Below are positions 55,387-58,749 of a stretch of DNA of 58,749 nucleotides, in pieces (within the stretch, counting starts at the first letter, position 1; each line of letters opens with the position of its first letter). Below the pieces are notes generated by a model. The model saw nothing but the letters and a program-made list of their open reading frames with translations, was not told the DNA's origin and searched no databases. The position numbers and the translations under genes were made by a program. The DNA comes from a virus (Duplodnaviria > Caudoviricetes): positions 1 to 58,749 of IMG/VR virus record IMGVR_UViG_3300037487_001109. The stretch is one strand, 5' to 3'.

Positions 55387-55746
55387 CTATTTTTCAAAAG
55401 GAGTTAGAGTTTCATCTTTCACATACAATACAGGAACTGCAGTAGACTCTTCCTCTGGTTGCTTGCCTACACGAAAGTTCTTTTTACCAAGTCTAAGTCT
55501 GCGTGCTATGTGGCCAATGGGTCCACGTAATATTTGAGCAGTAGCAGGAGCCGCAGCATCCAGAGCATTAAACTCTTCCTCAGTAATCTCTGTCACATTG
55601 TCACCTGCTGGGATGTTGCTTGTTACTTTTGTAGAAGACCCGGAGTCCTTATCCCCGACAACTCTTGTATACACATGCCCAATACCAACCTGCACTTCTC
55701 CGGTTGAGATGTTGGAAAATTTATAAAACTTGATATCTACTGTCAT
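55387..55746 (-). CDS. Hypothetical protein, paralog of 55743..56177
   Basis: MTVDIKFYKFSN...GIGHVYT...EITEEEF. Confidence 0.6.
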   Translation of the reverse strand: MTVDIKFYKFSNISTGEVQVGIGHVYTRVVGDKDSGSSTKVTSNIPAGDNVTEITEEEFNALDAAAPATAQILRGPIGHIARRLRLGKKNFRVGKQPEEESTAVPVLYVKDETLTPFEK

Positions 55747-56177
55747 AGCGGTACCTCAGTACTCTTATTTGGTTTATCCTTAACAGCTACTGTACTAATT
55801 GTTGCCTTGTACATCTTACCTGCCTGCTTTGCGTTACGCATGGCCACCCTCTCTGCTGGGGTAGCTTCCCTATCTTGTAGGTGTTTAATATGCTCAGCAA
55901 CGCGTAGCTCTTCTTTTTCCCGCTTTTTAGTCTGTGCAGCTGTCTCTACTAGCGTGATACCACCGTACTCTGTTTTATCTATCTCTACTGAGCTTTCAAC
56001 ATTTGGTTTAATCTCTATAGTCTTCTCTACAGCTTCATCACTTATAACAGTTTTGTAGCCGTGGAGTATGGATGCTTTAGTTTTATGTAATATACACGTG
56101 TATATAAACCCCATCCCTTTAGACTCTTTGGAAGTATTAGGATCTGTGAATTTATAATATTTAATCTCTATTGGCAT
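55743..56177 (-). CDS. Hypothetical protein, paralog of 55387..55746
   Basis: MPIEIKYYKFTD...GMGFIYT...EIDKTEY. Confidence 0.6.
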   Translation of the reverse strand: MPIEIKYYKFTDPNTSKESKGMGFIYTCILHKTKASILHGYKTVISDEAVEKTIEIKPNVESSVEIDKTEYGGITLVETAAQTKKREKEELRVAEHIKHLQDREATPAERVAMRNAKQAGKMYKATISTVAVKDKPNKSTEVPL

Positions 56178-56183
56178 ATTGTG

Positions 56184-57950
56184 CTACCCATTTATTCTAT
56201 AGATATCTACCCATCCACTAATCAGAAAGCTGGTCTGTGTAAAAACCGTCATACCCTCATTCTCGTAATCCCCTACTATAGTTCTATATGATAAACCTAA
56301 AGTAGTAGCAGTAGTACCAGGAGGAAGTATAGCCAACGCCTCTATAGTACCTTGATGGTAGTTTAATGGAAAATTAGGAGCCAAAGCAGGTAAGTATGAA
56401 AAAGTTGCTTCCGGTACTACAGGGAACCCGCTTATTACTTTACTATCGCCCAGTACATCCGTGTACACTATTTTACCACCTGTCCTGGTATTGACGTTAC
56501 CTACACTCCATGACGCCTCTATTTCGTGGTATACAGTACCTATTTCTGACGTACTAGCAGGTGACATACCAAAATCAGCGTTACTGGCTACGCTTAGCGT
56601 AGCTTTTGCGGCATAGTATCCAGATAAACAATCAGCACCAGATATATCTACAGGAATTACATCTGCGTCTATAACGGCTTCAAAATAGTAATAGGATTCA
56701 TCTACTGTAACAGGCACATTGTATACGTAGGACCCTATATTTAATCTGAATAGAGGAGGCTCACATAGGCTAGCCTGCACCACGGCATCAAGAGCCGAAA
56801 CCCTATCGTCTACTAACTCACAGCACCCAATCCTACAAACTTGAGTACCAGTCGGCATTGTAACATTAGCACCAGGAACTGGAGAGATAGTACCTGTGAG
56901 ACTTGTGCCTGTAGGAGTGCCTGTTACTGTAAGTCTGGTTTTTGGGAGTCCTGTAATCGCTGGATACCCTGCAATTATCAATACATCATTTGTAGTATAC
57001 CCAGTTGAGTCATTTACATATAGGGTATAAGACGCATTACCGTTTGTGATAGCTAATGGCGCTGTTAGCCTTGTACAAAACGGCTCAAGTCCTAGCGGTA
57101 TGGTACCTACAGCGTTAGTACCTTGAGGAGACGTACCTTCAGGTATCCAGCCATCTTGAGGTATTATAAGCGTAGAGGGCTGACCAGTAGAGTTACATAC
57201 GATAATAGGACCATTAGTAACTGCGTCTCTATCACACGGACTTACTGATATAATAGTAAGGCAGTACTGGTACTCTCCAATAGAGGTAAGTGCTATTACA
57301 GATGTTCCAGGAGTAATACCTTCACCATCGTTACAGATGGTAATAATATCATTTGGCTTAACGTCATCTACTCTATAGAAACCTGTACCAATCTGCACAG
57401 TATCCCCAGCAGACACCCCGCTGGTAGTAGTAAGTGTTATATCTATGCAATTGCCATTGGCAGGAGCTGTAAAGTCAATCTTTACGCAAGCCGTATTTGA
57501 ATCAACTTCAGGAGCAGGCGGAGCTGTATTTATAAATTCTGAACAAGCAGGGACAGCAGTACCGACAGCAGCATTGCCTGTATTGCAGTGATTAAGGATA
57601 GTGACTTGTTGGAGCCCAGAATCAAATGCCGTAACCTCGAAGTACCCATACGATTCACTCCATAGATATGAACCAATTGTAATGCTTACAAGTCCTGGAA
57701 TACTAAGTGTTGCGCTGAACCCACACGCTGGGATGTTCCACGAGTTTGCAACTTTGAGCGCTTGGGCAAACTGATTAATTATAATCTTCTGGGTATTTGA
57801 TTCCTGACATGCCGGTACACATGCATAGAAAGGAAGAGGGCTACTTGGTACGGAATTGCCTTGACAGCCACCACCGGGTGAACCACCACAGGGGTCCATA
57901 GACGCTATACAGCCACAATTAGAATTTGACCCACAGGTTGTGCAACTCAT
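56184..57950 (-). CDS. Cys-rich multidomain tail/structural protein
   Basis: 8 Cys in the first 48 aa; repeated beta modules; GGAG RBS. Confidence 0.6.
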   Translation of the reverse strand: MSCTTCGSNSNCGCIASMDPCGGSPGGGCQGNSVPSSPLPFYACVPACQESNTQKIIINQFAQALKVANSWNIPACGFSATLSIPGLVSITIGSYLWSESYGYFEVTAFDSGLQQVTILNHCNTGNAAVGTAVPACSEFINTAPPAPEVDSNTACVKIDFTAPANGNCIDITLTTTSGVSAGDTVQIGTGFYRVDDVKPNDIITICNDGEGITPGTSVIALTSIGEYQYCLTIISVSPCDRDAVTNGPIIVCNSTGQPSTLIIPQDGWIPEGTSPQGTNAVGTIPLGLEPFCTRLTAPLAITNGNASYTLYVNDSTGYTTNDVLIIAGYPAITGLPKTRLTVTGTPTGTSLTGTISPVPGANVTMPTGTQVCRIGCCELVDDRVSALDAVVQASLCEPPLFRLNIGSYVYNVPVTVDESYYYFEAVIDADVIPVDISGADCLSGYYAAKATLSVASNADFGMSPASTSEIGTVYHEIEASWSVGNVNTRTGGKIVYTDVLGDSKVISGFPVVPEATFSYLPALAPNFPLNYHQGTIEALAILPPGTTATTLGLSYRTIVGDYENEGMTVFTQTSFLISGWVDIYRING

Positions 57951-57970
57951 TAGTTAGTCTCCATAGCTCT

Positions 57971-58291
57971 CTATCTTACCTGATATTCAAGATGCAGATG
58001 CTCATTATCGGTGCCTTCCGCTTCCAGTATAAAATCAAAATCCTCTCCCAGTGCAACTCTGCAGTCGTTTATTGCCCCACCCTTAAAGGACGGAATTATA
58101 TGCTTACTTCTAATGTCTACCGCTAAGCCACTATAATGAAGAGACCCATTCATATGCGCACCTCCGGTCCCTTCTGTTACCACTAATTCTACATTATACT
58201 TAGTAAAAACACTATTGACTATAATCAGCCCAAGCAGGATTTCGGGCCTTATCCTTGCTATCTCTGCCCCTGATTTAATAGATACGGTCAT
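57971..58291 (-). CDS. Peptidase M15-like endolysin
   Basis: SLHYSGLAVDIR...EHLHLEY Zn-binding motifs. Confidence 0.82.
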   Translation of the reverse strand: MTVSIKSGAEIARIRPEILLGLIIVNSVFTKYNVELVVTEGTGGAHMNGSLHYSGLAVDIRSKHIIPSFKGGAINDCRVALGEDFDFILEAEGTDNEHLHLEYQVR

Positions 58292-58294
58292 TTA

Positions 58295-58749
58295 CTAGCC
58301 AGCTCCAAGTAGTGCTAATAGTGAACTTCCTGCGCTATGGTCTCCCTGGTCAAAGCCTATATTCCATCTATAGTCATATATTAAACCTGAAGGCACATAC
58401 TGCATATCTAATGCTGGGGAGCCAGCAGAAACTCTCAAGTCTCCGTTTGCTGGGTCTACTAATAAAGGGTTTGCTATAACATCACTATTACCCAGTACTG
58501 CGTTAGTAGCATTTGTAGTATTATTCCAAATGTTGCTTGCGAAGCTCATCGGCCTTGAAATATTATCACTAGTTACACCTGTAGTGCACCCGTTTATTAT
58601 ACATGCGCATACCACAGACCCCCCTCCAGCATTACAATCTATTCCTGTAGTGCAGTTAGTAATGGTACAGTTAGTTACGCTGCTATACGTGGATAGGCGC
58701 ATCCCGACCGTACATGCTCTAGCTATACAGTTGCTTATAGTAGTACACA
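58295..58749 (-). CDS. 3' part of the junction-spanning beta-helix protein
   Basis: In frame with 977->1; C-terminal cap NPLLVDPANGDLRVSAGSPALD typical of beta-helix proteins. Confidence 0.8.
   Translation of the reverse strand, partial: CTTISNCIARACTVGMRLSTYSSVTNCTITNCTTGIDCNAGGGSVVCACIINGCTTGVTSDNISRPMSFASNIWNNTTNATNAVLGNSDVIANPLLVDPANGDLRVSAGSPALDMQYVPSGLIYDYRWNIGFDQGDHSAGSSLLALLGAG
58602..58749. repeat. Terminal direct repeat (right copy)
   Basis: Matches 1-148 with one mismatch. Confidence 0.95.

Noticed and set aside
58602-58749. Biological terminal repeat of the virion DNA
   Set aside because: It falls in the middle of a gene and is more simply an assembly overlap

Overview
The window is an apparently complete, circularly assembled genome (58,601 bp unique plus a 148-bp terminal overlap) of a tailed dsDNA phage with podovirus-like organisation: there is no tape measure or sheath, but there are three large ejection-type proteins and adaptor/nozzle-like tail proteins. 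A long minus-strand virion operon (58291->38797, and 11259->1 wrapping through the junction) encodes portal, scaffold, a major capsid protein with a Cys-rich extension, tail fibres/spike and an M15 peptidase. The terminase large subunit lies on the opposite strand. A non-coding putative genome-end region (14380-14830) precedes an early operon of small genes, including a RadC/JAB protein. These are followed by an SLT, an iteron-rich origin and a RepB-type primase/SF3 helicase, an accessory cluster (glycosyltransferase, C5-MTase remnant, Acb2/Tad1-like protein, DUF6948 plus Gly-rich protein, PLA2-like protein, tiny Cys-rich peptides) and a replication module (SNF2 helicase with intein, Cas4-like nuclease, SSB, PolA with intein, RuvC-like resolvase, HNHs). 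Two observations stand out. (1) The helicase intein hides a DUF559/Vsr-like endonuclease in the +1 reading frame while the intein frame stays open. (2) Early genes share an AAATTGGAG ribosome-binding motif and RNase III-like hairpins, two + strand stem-loops display the exact antisense of that motif in their loops, and several other genes look leaderless, which suggests a translation-level early-gene switch. No integrase, tRNA, CRISPR array or reverse transcriptase was recognised. All family assignments are from motif recognition by eye, not database searches.
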